From Desulfobacteraceae bacterium (GTDB lineage: Bacteria; Desulfobacterota; Desulfobacteria; Desulfobacterales; SURF-7), in the NCBI GenBank assembly GCA_003599865.1, contig QZKS01000088.1:6682-70681 (forward strand): DNA of 64,000 nucleotides, read 5' to 3'. Positions 30,979 to 42,378 of the stretch are shown here, one piece after another. The position numbers and the translations under genes are program-made. The notes under the pieces are model-generated. The model ran no database searches, had not been told where the DNA came from, and worked only from the letters and a program-made list of their open reading frames with translations. How positions within the stretch are numbered: the first letter of the stretch is position 1; every line of letters begins with the position of its first letter.

Positions 30979-31380
30979 TTACCGTTCGCACAACTCTACA
31001 AGAACACCACTGGTTGCTTTAGGGTGCAGAAAGGCGATTTTAGCACCGCCGGCTCCAATTCTGGGTTTTTCATCAATCAGCTGAATTCCTTTTTCCTTTA
31101 ATTCCGCCAAGGCATTTTCAATGTTGTCTACCCTGAATGCGATATGTTGAATTCCCTGTCCTTTTTTTTCAATGTATCTGGCGATCGGGCCATCTGGTGC
31201 GGTCGATTCCAATAGTTCGACTTCGCTTTCTCCAACAGGGAAGAAAGCAGTTGTCACTTTCTGCTCTGTAACCGTTTCAGATCCTTGAAAGTTTAGGCCT
31301 AAGACATCCGTCCAGAATGATTTTCCATCTTCAATGCTGTTTACCGCGATACCCAGATGATCAATTTTTAAAATTTTCAT
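30979..31380 (-). CDS. mce: Methylmalonyl-CoA epimerase (VOC/glyoxalase fold)
   Basis: Contains KIDHLGIAV...IQHIAFRVDNIENA...GGAKIAFLHPK...GVLVELCE. The ATG at 31380 follows AAGGAG plus 6 nt; the ORF track opens at 31410. Confidence 0.85.
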   Translation of the reverse strand: MKILKIDHLGIAVNSIEDGKSFWTDVLGLNFQGSETVTEQKVTTAFFPVGESEVELLESTAPDGPIARYIEKKGQGIQHIAFRVDNIENALAELKEKGIQLIDEKPRIGAGGAKIAFLHPKATSGVLVELCER

Positions 31381-31619
31381 ACAAAGCTCCTTTTTTATAC
31401 TGGCTGACACAGACCATGCAATATGCAGTCACACAATTTTGATGGCTTCCTAAAAAAGCCCAATATCTGCGTTGCGCTACATCCCTCGTCACTGCGGCGT
31501 ACGCCAAGTATTTCTCATTCCTCGGGATTTGCGCGCCTTGATCTTGAACTTTTTTCAAAGCCGTCTCAAATTCGACTTTTTATGATTTCATCAATTTTGA
31601 AGACCCGGTCTCCTATGGG

Positions 31620-32798
31620 TTAAACTTTTTGTATGGCTCTTTTAAATCCTGGCAATGCCTTGATAATCGTATCGTCATCAACACAAAAAGCAATTCTGAA
31701 GTAACCAGGACCTCCAAATCCGCTTCCCGGAACAGTAAGAATCAGTTCCTCCTGCAGGATTTTGACAAACCTGACATCATCCGGAATCGGTGATTTGCAG
31801 AACAGATAAAAAGCCCCGGCCGGTTTTTCAAACTGATACCCAAAATCGGATAGGGAATCACATAAAAGATTCCGTTTTTTGGCATACAAACGCATATCCG
31901 CGCTCTCTCCCTGAAGCTCACCAACAGCACGCTGCATGAGAGCCGGGGCATTGACAAACCCAAGAATCCGGTTGGCCAGGGCCATTCCGGCAATCAGGTC
32001 TTTTTTGTATTCTGCTTTCGGGTTGACCGCCACAAACCCGATGCGTTCTCCGGGGATGGAAATATCTTTTGAAAATGAGGTTACAATAATGCTGTCATCA
32101 TAACAGGGAAAAAGGCTTGGAACATCAATCCCGTCATAGACTATTTTTCGATAGGGCTCATCTGAAACCAGATATATTGTCCTGTTCAGTTCTTTGCTTT
32201 TTTGACGAAGCATGGATCCCAATTGTTCAAGGCTTTTTTTGCTATAAATCTGTCCGGTCGGGTTATTGGGCGAATTGATCAGAACCATACGGGTTTTTCC
32301 GGTAATGGCGGATTCGATTTTCTGAAGATCCAGTGTGAAATCGCTATTTGTCGGAACGGTTACCAGTTTTCCGCCGTGGTTATCTGCATAAAATCCATAT
32401 TCCACAAAATAGGGTGCCGGCGTGACGACTTCTTCATTCGGGTTGAGCAGGGTTTTCAGGATAACATTCAATCCACCGGCGGCACCACAGGTCATGATGA
32501 TTTCACTGCCCGAGATCGGAACACCCTGCTCGGTCACCAAGTAGTCGGCGACCTTTTTACAAACAGCCGGATATCCGGTATTGGGCATGTAGGAATGATC
32601 GCACGGACCTGCATTCCTGAGGAGATCCTGAAGCACTGTCCGGAATTTGTCAGGTGGTTGAAGGTATGGATTTCCCAGACTGAAATCAAATACATTGTCT
32701 GAGCCATGCTGTTGTTTGAGCCGTGTTCCTTCTTCAAACATTTTTCTGATCCAGGATGATCTGGAAATGAAGGTTTCAATTTTTCCGGCAATTGTCAT
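31620..32798 (-). CDS. Class I/II pyridoxal-phosphate-dependent aminotransferase (AspC/AlaT-like)
   Basis: Contains INSPNNPTG and SFSKDISIPGERIGF, which includes the PLP-binding Lys. Confidence 0.85.
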   Translation of the reverse strand: MTIAGKIETFISRSSWIRKMFEEGTRLKQQHGSDNVFDFSLGNPYLQPPDKFRTVLQDLLRNAGPCDHSYMPNTGYPAVCKKVADYLVTEQGVPISGSEIIMTCGAAGGLNVILKTLLNPNEEVVTPAPYFVEYGFYADNHGGKLVTVPTNSDFTLDLQKIESAITGKTRMVLINSPNNPTGQIYSKKSLEQLGSMLRQKSKELNRTIYLVSDEPYRKIVYDGIDVPSLFPCYDDSIIVTSFSKDISIPGERIGFVAVNPKAEYKKDLIAGMALANRILGFVNAPALMQRAVGELQGESADMRLYAKKRNLLCDSLSDFGYQFEKPAGAFYLFCKSPIPDDVRFVKILQEELILTVPGSGFGGPGYFRIAFCVDDDTIIKALPGFKRAIQKV

Positions 32799-32857
32799 AC
32801 AAGCCTCCGGTAATGATCAATGGATATCTTTTTTTCGTGAGGGTTGAAAATATAATT

Positions 32858-33079
32858 TTATCCTACGTTTTGAACAGATTCAATTCCTGGGATCTGTTCT
32901 TTCAATAGCTTTTCAATGCCGTTTTTCAGTGTCATCTGAGACATGGGGCAACCCGCGCATGCGCCTTGCAGCCTTACTTGTACAACATTTCCCTTGATAC
33001 CGACGAGTTCAACATCGCCACCATCTTTCTGAAGCATGGGTCTGATTTTATTCAGGGTGTCCTGGACTTTTTCAAGCAT
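32858..33079 (-). CDS. NifU C-terminal-domain (Nfu-type) Fe-S assembly protein
   Basis: 73 aa containing GGDVELVGIKGNVVQVRLQGACAGCPMS. Confidence 0.85.
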   Translation of the reverse strand: MLEKVQDTLNKIRPMLQKDGGDVELVGIKGNVVQVRLQGACAGCPMSQMTLKNGIEKLLKEQIPGIESVQNVG

Positions 33080-33094
33080 GATTTTCTCCTGTTT

Positions 33095-34216
<1,122 letters not shown>

Positions 34217-34235
34217 TTAAATTTTTTCCCTGCTG

Positions 34236-35297
34236 TCAGATAATGAACATGGCGTCACCATAACTGAAAAAGCGGTAACCGTTATTAATGGCCTCTTGAT
34301 ACGCGGAAAGAATGGTCGATCGGTCGGCAAATGCAGATACGAGCATAATCAACGATGATTTGGGCAGATGAAAATTGGTGATCATGCTTTTTACGGTTTG
34401 AAACTGATATCCCGGATAAATGAAAAGATCACAAATTCCGGATCCATGTCTTATGAGCCCATCCTGGTTTGTCGCAAACTCTATTGTCCGGACCGATGTC
34501 GTACCCACAGCAATGATTCTGGCATTTTCTTTTTTTTTCTGGTTAATTGTATCCGCAGCCTGTTTGGAAATGGAAAATCTTTCCGCATGCATCTTGTGGT
34601 CTCGGATATCATTTGTCCGGATAGGAAGAAATGTTCCATAACCGACATGCAGCGTAATTTCAACCAGAGGGATATTTTTTAATTTTATTTTTTCAATAAG
34701 TTGTGGTGTAAAATGAAGCCCTGCTGTCGGAGCGGCAATCGCACCTTTTTCTTCTGCATAAACAGTTTGATAGGTGTTTCGATCATTCCATGCAGTACTA
34801 TTATTTCCCCGTTTGATATATGGCGGAAGTGGAACCTGCCCAATCCTATCCAAAATCTGGTCAAAATGTCCGGTAAACCAGAATCGAACTATGTGTATGC
34901 CTTCTTTAAATTCGATAACTTCCGCCTTCAGGTTCATGTCAAAAGATAAAAGGGAACCAACTTTTGGCCGTTTGGATGCTTTGATCAGGCATGGACATTC
35001 AAATGTATTTTCCCGATCATGTCCGTGAAGGCCTCCGGCATAGTCCAGTATTAAAAGTTCAACCTGGCCTCCTGTTTCCTTTCGACCAAACAAGCGGCCG
35101 GGAATTACTTTTGTATTGTTTACCACCAGCAGATCGGAAGGTGAAAGTAAATCAAGGAGTTGAAAAAATGACAGGTGGCTGATTTGTCCTGACTTTCTAT
35201 TCAGAACAAGCAGTTTGGATTGATCGCGGTCAATATTGGGTTTCTGGGCAATCTGTTTTTCCGGAAGTGGGAAATCATAATCCGACACCTGATACAT
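34236..35297 (-). CDS. queA: S-adenosylmethionine:tRNA ribosyltransferase-isomerase
   Basis: Contains DYDFPLPEKQIAQKP, PLPPYI and FFSYGDAMFI. Confidence 0.95.
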   Translation of the reverse strand: MYQVSDYDFPLPEKQIAQKPNIDRDQSKLLVLNRKSGQISHLSFFQLLDLLSPSDLLVVNNTKVIPGRLFGRKETGGQVELLILDYAGGLHGHDRENTFECPCLIKASKRPKVGSLLSFDMNLKAEVIEFKEGIHIVRFWFTGHFDQILDRIGQVPLPPYIKRGNNSTAWNDRNTYQTVYAEEKGAIAAPTAGLHFTPQLIEKIKLKNIPLVEITLHVGYGTFLPIRTNDIRDHKMHAERFSISKQAADTINQKKKENARIIAVGTTSVRTIEFATNQDGLIRHGSGICDLFIYPGYQFQTVKSMITNFHLPKSSLIMLVSAFADRSTILSAYQEAINNGYRFFSYGDAMFII

Positions 35298-35304
35298 AGC
35301 TGCT

Positions 35305-35496
35305 TTATCCTATTTTTTTCCCGAAATAGACAAGACATAGTCCGGAAAGCATTAGTATCAATCCAATCGTACGCAAGGACTGATCAGGTGTTTGGGCGAT
35401 TTTTAATATAAAGATTTTAATTTTTTCCGGAAATGCAAAATAGGGGAGTCCTTCCAGAATCATTACCATTCCAACAACACATAAAAAAAAACTCAT
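35305..35496 (-). CDS. DUF2065-like small membrane protein
   Basis: 63 aa with two TM spans and the motif LEGLPYFAFPEK. Confidence 0.6.
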   Translation of the reverse strand: MSFFLCVVGMVMILEGLPYFAFPEKIKIFILKIAQTPDQSLRTIGLILMLSGLCLVYFGKKIG

Positions 35497-36093
35497 AACA
35501 ACCTTCTGATATCATAATTATATTATTATTGATAAACGGTTCTTGAAAGGTTTTATCATGGATACATAGAAAATCCCCAAATTCCTTTATAACCAGTGAT
35601 GGCCAGTATCACGAAAAAAAAACAGCGGCAAGAACGAAATCATCAGGATTCGGAGTCGGAACGAGATAATCCGGAAAGAAGGAACAATGAAATAGCTTAT
35701 GAAAAACATTATATATAACGTTTGTATTGTTAGACATGATTAAGGTGAATGTCTTGTTAGCGAGATTTTCGTATCCGTATTTTCATTATTCAAAAATGAG
35801 ACCTTTATTATATAAACTATTGAAATAAAAAATATTAAATATTAAATTTTCACGAATACCGTATTAATAACGCAACTATATATCGTCTGCTGTCAATAAC
35901 AACCCACATTCGTTTTCCAATCAAGCAATATTCTCAATTTGCTTTTATCAATCAAATTGACAGGGTTGAGTGATTCTAGTAGGATGTTTGTCTTATGTCA
36001 TTTTTACTACACACCTTTCTTTTTTGATAACATAATCTTTTATGGAAATGAAACGGTAAAACCGATCGATATCATCATATTAAAGGAATTAAT

Positions 36094-37524
36094 ATGGAAT
36101 TTGAAGCTGTTATCGGGCTGGAGGTTCATGCCCAATTAAAAACCAAATCAAAAATTTTTTGTTCTTGTTCAACAGAATTCGGCGCACCGCCCAATACCCA
36201 TGTATGTCCGATCTGTCTCGGGATGCCGGGTGTGCTTCCGGTTTTGAACAAAAAGGTGGTGGAGTATGCTCTTCGAATGGCGGTGGCAACAGGTTGCCGG
36301 ATTGCACAAACCAGCCGTTTTGCAAGGAAAAATTATTTTTATCCGGATCTTCCCAAAGGGTATCAAATTTCCCAGTATGAGCTTCCCATAGCCGAGTCTG
36401 GAATGGTTGAAATTGAAGCAAATGGCGGTTTTAAAAAAATCGGTATTACCAGAATACATATGGAAGAGGATGCCGGAAAACTGAATCATGATCCGCATCG
36501 GCCGATGAGTCATGTCGATTTGAATCGAACCGGCATACCACTGATCGAAATTGTTAGTGAACCGGATATTCGATCTCCGGAAGAGGCTGGTGCTTATCTC
36601 AGAAAGTTACGGGCAATATTGCGGTATCTTGAGATCTGTGATGGAAATATGGAGGAAGGCAGTTTCCGGTGTGATGCAAATATTTCTCTTCGGCTAAAGG
36701 GTAATGAGGTTTTTGGGACACGAACGGAATTGAAAAATTTAAATTCTTTCAAGCATGTGGAAAAGGCAATTCAATATGAAATCAGGCGCCAGCAGTCCAT
36801 CCTTGAAGAAGGCGGAGAAGTGATTCAGGAAACCCGATTGTGGAATCCGGACTCCGGAAAAACATTTTCCATGCGGGGAAAAGAAGAAGCCCATGATTAT
36901 CGATATTTCCCTGATCCGGATTTATTGCCTCTGGTAATTGATAGCGCCTGGATAGAACGGGTGAAAAGGGAGCTGCCGGAGTTGCCGGATGAGAAGACCG
37001 CTCGTTTTATCCGGCAGTATTCACTTCCAAACCAGGATGCCGAACGTCTAACATCAAGCAGAGAACTATCTGATTTTTTTGAAAGATGCGCAACTTTTTT
37101 TCCGGATGCCAAAGCCATATGCAACTGGATTACCGGAACCCTTCTGGGGCTTTTAAATGCACAGGGAAAAACCATTGAGAATTCACCTGTAAGTGCTGAA
37201 AACCTGGCGGGGCTGCTGAAGCTGGTTTCAGACGATGTGATCAGTGGAAAAATTGCCAAAACCGTTTTTGATGAAATGGCGGAAACCGGAAAGCCTGCCA
37301 AACAGATTGTGGATGAAAAGGGACTGGTTCAGGTGACCGATACTTCAGCCATTGATGCGGCTGTGCAAAAAGTAATTGAAGGTTCTCCCAATGAAGTGGC
37401 GGCCTATCAGGCCGGCAAAAAGAAATTAATGGGTTTTTTTGTGGGGCAGGTCATGAAAGAAACGCGTGGAAAGGCCAATCCCGGAATGGTTAACAAGATT
37501 CTACAGGACAAATTGGGGGGATAA
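36094..37524 (+). CDS. gatB: Asp/Glu-tRNA amidotransferase subunit B
   Basis: Starts [25 protein letters not shown] and has a C-terminal YqeY-like tail. Confidence 0.96.
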   Translation: MEFEAVIGLEVHAQLKTKSKIFCSCSTEFGAPPNTHVCPICLGMPGVLPVLNKKVVEYALRMAVATGCRIAQTSRFARKNYFYPDLPKGYQISQYELPIAESGMVEIEANGGFKKIGITRIHMEEDAGKLNHDPHRPMSHVDLNRTGIPLIEIVSEPDIRSPEEAGAYLRKLRAILRYLEICDGNMEEGSFRCDANISLRLKGNEVFGTRTELKNLNSFKHVEKAIQYEIRRQQSILEEGGEVIQETRLWNPDSGKTFSMRGKEEAHDYRYFPDPDLLPLVIDSAWIERVKRELPELPDEKTARFIRQYSLPNQDAERLTSSRELSDFFERCATFFPDAKAICNWITGTLLGLLNAQGKTIENSPVSAENLAGLLKLVSDDVISGKIAKTVFDEMAETGKPAKQIVDEKGLVQVTDTSAIDAAVQKVIEGSPNEVAAYQAGKKKLMGFFVGQVMKETRGKANPGMVNKILQDKLGG

Positions 37525-37527
37525 TCT

Positions 37528-39111
37528 GTGAAATATTTAATTTTAAAAAGTGTAATCGTTTTTTTCTTGTTTCTTTTCATCCCGATGCAGGCAATGACAA
37601 ATTCTCCTACACAAATTGCCGTCATCCCCTTCACAGTCAATGCGGAAAAGAATTATGCATATTTGCAGAATGGGATAACGGAGACGCTTATCTTTCATTT
37701 GTCAAAAGAAGGAGAATCAAAAATAATTGATTCGGAAGCTGTTAATGAAGTAATGAAAGATATGAAAGGTCCTTTGACTGATACAAAAGCAGCACAGATT
37801 GGTCAGGAATTGAAGGCAGATTATATTGTTTACGGTAGTGTTACGGTTTTTGGCGACCAGGTCAATGTTCATGGAAAAGCGTTTGATGTAAAAAAGTTAC
37901 ACCCTCCTGTACGTTTGTCCAGGGAAATGTCTTCTATTGATGGAATCATTCCGGAGATCAAGGTGTTTGCAGGTGAAATTGAAAAAGCTATTGTATCAGC
38001 CACTTCTCACACCAATCAACCACAAGATGAGCTGGAAATCCAGGCGGAAAAAAAATCCGACTCCTCATCAGAGATTATTGTTCATCGTGAATCTCAGGTT
38101 CAGGGCATGACCGGTTTTTGGAGAAGCGAGCCTGTTGAAACACTGATTCACAGCCTGGGGGTTGGTGATATAGACAACGATGGTAAAAAAGAAATCCTTA
38201 TCCTTTCACCGCATACAATTGATCTCTATCGCATTCAACAGTCAAAGCTTGTAAAAGAAGAAAAAATTTATTCAGATGATGGCCATTATTTCATCAGTAT
38301 CGATATTGCGGATATCAATGGGAACGGTTTTCCGGAAATTTTTGTGACCAGCCTGAATGCACTTCAAAATACGGTCTCTTCTTTTGTGCTGGAATACAAA
38401 CAGGGAGTTTATATCCGAACTATGAAAGACCTTTCCTGGTATTTTAAAGTGATTGAGGGAAAACAGCTGATGGGTCAAAATCAGAGAACCGGTGGTTCGG
38501 ATATTTTCAGCGGTGCAATTGTGCGGATGGCTTGGAAGAACAACCGATATGAGCCGGCTGAACCGATTATGCCTGAACATTCAGCGAATCTCTTGGGTTT
38601 TGCGTACGGAAGATTCCTGAATACTAGTGAAAGTGTGGCAGTTGTTACGACCAAGGGCGGCTCATTGCAGATCATTGATTCTTCGGGAAATCGGTTTTGG
38701 TCAGGAAGTGAGTCTTATGCAACCCTCCCATTTTATTTCATACTTCCCAGGGAGGAACCGAGTGTTGAAAATCGGCAGTATTATCCGGCGCGGATCAAGA
38801 TCAACCCTACGGATGGAAGCAAAGAGATTATTGTTGCAAGGAATCCAAAATCCATCGGAGGAGCCTTGTTGAATTTCTTCAGTTCAAATGATCAATCTCA
38901 AATCGAGGCTCTTTACTGGGATGGAATCGGTTTTACGTCTAAATGGGAAACCAGGAAGATATCAGGAACCATAACTGATTTTATTATCGATGATGTTGAT
39001 CAGGATGGAAAAAACGAACTGGTTGTCAGCCTGATTTTGGAAACAGGCAACATTTTACGTCAACCCAAAAGTGTTCTATTTCTATATAATCTCGATGGGA
39101 TAAAAGAATAG
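37528..39111 (+). CDS. Secreted FG-GAP/VCBS-repeat protein with a TolB-N-like (IAVLPF-type) N-terminal domain, copy 1
   Basis: Signal peptide (MKYLILKSVIVFFLFLFIPMQA) followed by IAVIPFTVN...YIVYGSVTVFG. Three Ca-binding-like FG-GAP motifs are present: VGDIDNDGKKEILI, DIADINGNGFPEIFV and IDDVDQDGKNELVV. The GTG start lies 3 nt after the gatB stop, with GGGGGA upstream. Confidence 0.7.
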   Translation: MKYLILKSVIVFFLFLFIPMQAMTNSPTQIAVIPFTVNAEKNYAYLQNGITETLIFHLSKEGESKIIDSEAVNEVMKDMKGPLTDTKAAQIGQELKADYIVYGSVTVFGDQVNVHGKAFDVKKLHPPVRLSREMSSIDGIIPEIKVFAGEIEKAIVSATSHTNQPQDELEIQAEKKSDSSSEIIVHRESQVQGMTGFWRSEPVETLIHSLGVGDIDNDGKKEILILSPHTIDLYRIQQSKLVKEEKIYSDDGHYFISIDIADINGNGFPEIFVTSLNALQNTVSSFVLEYKQGVYIRTMKDLSWYFKVIEGKQLMGQNQRTGGSDIFSGAIVRMAWKNNRYEPAEPIMPEHSANLLGFAYGRFLNTSESVAVVTTKGGSLQIIDSSGNRFWSGSESYATLPFYFILPREEPSVENRQYYPARIKINPTDGSKEIIVARNPKSIGGALLNFFSSNDQSQIEALYWDGIGFTSKWETRKISGTITDFIIDDVDQDGKNELVVSLILETGNILRQPKSVLFLYNLDGIKE

Positions 39112-39130
39112 GGTCTGTTCACAAAGAAAA

Positions 39131-39158
39131 CCCGGAGACGGTATTGGCTGTCTCCGGG
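39131..39158. terminator. Bidirectional rho-independent terminator
   Basis: Stem CCCGGAGAC (39131-39139) / GTCTCCGGG (39150-39158), flanked by an A-run on the left and TTTGAAATTTT on the right. It lies between convergent genes. Confidence 0.7.
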
Positions 39159-39187
39159 TTTGAAATTTTCAACACGATATTTTTTGT

Positions 39188-40243
39188 CTAGAAATTGATC
39201 TGAGTTTTGGCACCAAAGTACAGTTTGTTCCCCTCATCGGCACCGGTGTTGTCATCCATATAATCGAAATATCCGATTTCCGGAACAATAAACACACCGT
39301 CTGCAAAGCTGTAGGTTGTATTCACATAGTAACATATGGTCTCGTCTTTTTCTGCACTCCCATCCAGATCATTGGTATCATACCCAACGCCCAGTTCAAC
39401 CGTAACTTTGTCACTGGCTTTTATGCCGGCAACCAGAAGTCCGCCGAAGGTTGCATTGTCTTTGATATCATTTGTAATAGCATCATAAGCTGCTGAATTA
39501 TCGCCTTGAGATACCAAACCATAGTCCCCACCGTTCATGGCATAGTTCAACGCTGCGTTAACATAGGCTTTGCCGAGGTTCACACCACCGCCAACACCGA
39601 CAACATAGGAGGTAACGGTTACATCCTCGGAGCCGCCAACACCAAGCTCTTCAACGGTAAAGGTCTGGACACCTGCAAAAGCATCCATAAAGAATTTTTC
39701 TTTGCTCATATTATAAGAAACTTCCAGTTTGGGGAGGATTACATCAACATCTCCACCCGTACCCAGATCGGTACTTGAGGGTCTAACCAGAGCAATTTTG
39801 ACCATTTTGTTCAGGGTAAACTGAATCATGGGGATTCGTCCGGCATAGGCTTGTCCGGTTCCGAGCAGGTCATTGTCATCACCCCACACCTGGTTGCTGT
39901 AAAAATAGTTGCTGACAGGGGTGTAGGTTTGACCAACCAGCACTTCATTGTTGCCGAATTGATAGGTTCCATACAGTTTTCTCAGATTGGGTCCTGAACC
40001 ATACTCAAATCCACCGCCAACATCACCATTTTTGACAGTAGCGCCAAGCCGGGCATTCCCCTGAAGATTCCATGTTGTATTTCCATCGTCATCCAGTGTG
40101 CCTGCGTTAACCTTATCATCAATATCATGGAAGGTTTTCATTCGTGCGGAACCGTAAAAATTCCAATCTGCCGCCGTCGCAGATGCTGCAAAACCGGCTA
40201 CCAGTGCAAAAACTGAAAATAAAATAAATAATTTCTTCATCAT
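39188..40243 (-). CDS. Outer-membrane beta-barrel porin-like protein
   Basis: Signal peptide ending ASATA-ADW, alternating amphipathic Gly/Tyr-rich strands, and a C-terminal ...GAKTQINF ending in Phe. The RBS AGGAGGA is strong. Confidence 0.7.
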   Translation of the reverse strand: MMKKLFILFSVFALVAGFAASATAADWNFYGSARMKTFHDIDDKVNAGTLDDDGNTTWNLQGNARLGATVKNGDVGGGFEYGSGPNLRKLYGTYQFGNNEVLVGQTYTPVSNYFYSNQVWGDDNDLLGTGQAYAGRIPMIQFTLNKMVKIALVRPSSTDLGTGGDVDVILPKLEVSYNMSKEKFFMDAFAGVQTFTVEELGVGGSEDVTVTSYVVGVGGGVNLGKAYVNAALNYAMNGGDYGLVSQGDNSAAYDAITNDIKDNATFGGLLVAGIKASDKVTVELGVGYDTNDLDGSAEKDETICYYVNTTYSFADGVFIVPEIGYFDYMDDNTGADEGNKLYFGAKTQINF

Positions 40244-40788
40244 CTGTTTCCTCCTGAATGTAAGGTGTAAGCAATTGGGTTTTTGTCTTCCTTAATTATA
40301 TGAAATTAAAAATCAATAAACATGTATCAGACAATTCCTTCGCTTCAGCATCACCTCCTTTAAAATGTTTTGAAAACACAAAACAAGTAGTAACTGGTTA
40401 ATAGCTGATGTTGACTGTCTTAATGTTTTATCTTCTGTTGTTTCGAGCTATCTTCAACCTTGTACAAATCAAATTTTATATTACGTTTTTACTAAAATTA
40501 AGGAGAATATTGTTTTGAGGACTTGCCAGATGATTATATATAACAATCTAAAATCATACTGGTTTTTTATATAATAAAACCTAAAAATTGATGTAGTTCT
40601 ATCAAGCGAGAAATGAAAAGTCAAGATATTTTGGCAATAAATGCAGAAAGTTATTTTTATATCCTTCCATAATATCAAACAATATGCTATTCCCGCTATC
40701 ATCAGGACTATAATTCTGCAGAAACAAGTCTGAGATTAAAAGCATACATATAGAAAGAAGTTAAAAAAAGTGATCAGGAGTCCTTCGG

Positions 40789-42363
40789 ATGAAAAAAATA
40801 GATCTGTCTCATATTTTGATAGCTATAGCAGTTTTATTAATTTATTTATGGATGTCGGATTTTCATGTGATTGCCGCGAACAGAAATAGAATCAAGGTTC
40901 TGCTGTTTCAAGTCAACTCGGAAAAGGACATGAAATATTTGCAGAAGGGACTTTCCGACATTTTGGAATCCAGACTGGCCGGTATCGAAAACGTGGAGAT
41001 CGTGGGGCCGGAAGCACAAACGGTTGTTCATATCCCTGGAGAACACGGTTATCATCCGGAGGAGATTCGCAAGGTCTATAAGGACGGGAATGTAGATTAT
41101 ATTGTTTGCGGGAGTCTTACCATCGTAGGAAACCATACGAGCCTGGATGCAAAGGTGATCGAGCTGTCGGGAACGAAAGGATTCTGGTCATTTTATCGAA
41201 ATGTGGATCATCTGGACGAAGTCATCCCGGCTGCTGAACAGATTGCAAAGGAAATTGAAGATACCGTATTTAAGGGGCTATCTCGGAATATAAAGACTTT
41301 TATTTCAACACAAAAAGATGATCTGAAGAGCCGGAAAGAAAAGAGAAATGATTATCATCTTCAAAGCCTTGAATTGCCGATTCAGGTCATCGGTCTTGGT
41401 GCCGGAGATGTTGATGGAGATGGAAGCATTGAAATTGTCGCGGCCTCCAATCATGATATTCATACATTCCGTTTCAAGGAAAACAGCCTTGTCGGCAGTG
41501 GAGACGTCAAGGGAGAAAAATATCACTCCTACCTGTCAATAGATGTTGCCGATATCAACAAAAATGGAAAGGCGGAGATTTATATTTCCGGTGAACATAC
41601 CGGATCAGGTTCTTTGACATCATTTGTCATGGAATGGAATGGAAAGCAGTTTTCTCCGATTATCCAGGATCAAAATTGGTATTTTCGTGTGATTCGTACG
41701 GAAAAAGGAAATCAGCTTCTCGGGCAGAAAAAGGGGATTTCCATGGCTTATATGTCTGGAATTTATAGACTTTTATGGGATGGCGAGGTATTGATACCGG
41801 CCAAACAGCAAGAAGCTTTTCCGGATGATACAATGGTTTTTGGGGTTTCAAAAGGATTTGCCGGGCAGAATGCAGATCTGACCGCAGCGTTTGATTCAAG
41901 TGACCGGCTTTCGATCATCCATGAAAATGGCAGCATTGCCTGGAAAAGTGATACTCCTTATGGCGGCAGCGAGCGTTTTATAAAGACGGTTGAAGATTAC
42001 CGTGACAGCGAAGGTGATCGGTTTTATCTGCCGCAACGAATCGTTGCTTTGGATTTTGAGAAAAAGCCGATGGTGATCATGCCGTCAAATGATTCCTCTT
42101 CCGGTCGGTTTTTTCAAAAATTCAGAAATTATACCAATGCACGGTTTTTGTTTTTCACCTGGGATGGTATGGGGCTTCTGTTAAGCCGAAAATCGCCGGA
42201 CCTGTCCGGTTATGTGAGTGATTTCTGTATCGCAGACGTAAATAACGATGGGTGGGAAGAATTGATTTATGCGCTTGTTACAGACAGAGAAACGGCTTTT
42301 CGCAGTGCGAAAAGTTATCTTGCGAGTGAGGCTTTATCCGGGTTGATCATACCACGTCCATAG
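40789..42363 (+). CDS. Secreted FG-GAP/VCBS-repeat protein with a TolB-N-like N-terminal domain, copy 2 (paralog of 37528-39111)
   Basis: Same architecture as copy 1: RIKVLLFQVN...DYIVCGSLTIVG, then AGDVDGDGSIEIVA, DVADINKNGKAEIYI and IADVNNDGWEELIYA. It also shares the NWYFRVI...QLLGQ block (SWYFKVI...QLMGQ in copy 1). Confidence 0.7.
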   Translation: MKKIDLSHILIAIAVLLIYLWMSDFHVIAANRNRIKVLLFQVNSEKDMKYLQKGLSDILESRLAGIENVEIVGPEAQTVVHIPGEHGYHPEEIRKVYKDGNVDYIVCGSLTIVGNHTSLDAKVIELSGTKGFWSFYRNVDHLDEVIPAAEQIAKEIEDTVFKGLSRNIKTFISTQKDDLKSRKEKRNDYHLQSLELPIQVIGLGAGDVDGDGSIEIVAASNHDIHTFRFKENSLVGSGDVKGEKYHSYLSIDVADINKNGKAEIYISGEHTGSGSLTSFVMEWNGKQFSPIIQDQNWYFRVIRTEKGNQLLGQKKGISMAYMSGIYRLLWDGEVLIPAKQQEAFPDDTMVFGVSKGFAGQNADLTAAFDSSDRLSIIHENGSIAWKSDTPYGGSERFIKTVEDYRDSEGDRFYLPQRIVALDFEKKPMVIMPSNDSSSGRFFQKFRNYTNARFLFFTWDGMGLLLSRKSPDLSGYVSDFCIADVNNDGWEELIYALVTDRETAFRSAKSYLASEALSGLIIPRP

Positions 42364-42378
42364 ATATTACATAAATAC

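Noticed and set aside
31361-31623. 65-aa and 66-aa ORFs (31361-31558 minus strand; 31423-31623 plus strand) across the GC-rich spacer
   Set aside because: Neither has an RBS. One overlaps the RBS-supported mce start. The region is better explained as a non-coding structured element.
40632-40645. Sigma54-like TGGCA-N-TGCA upstream of FG-GAP copy 2
   Set aside because: The GG-to-GC spacing is two bases shorter than the -24/-12 consensus, so I do not call it a sigma54 promoter.
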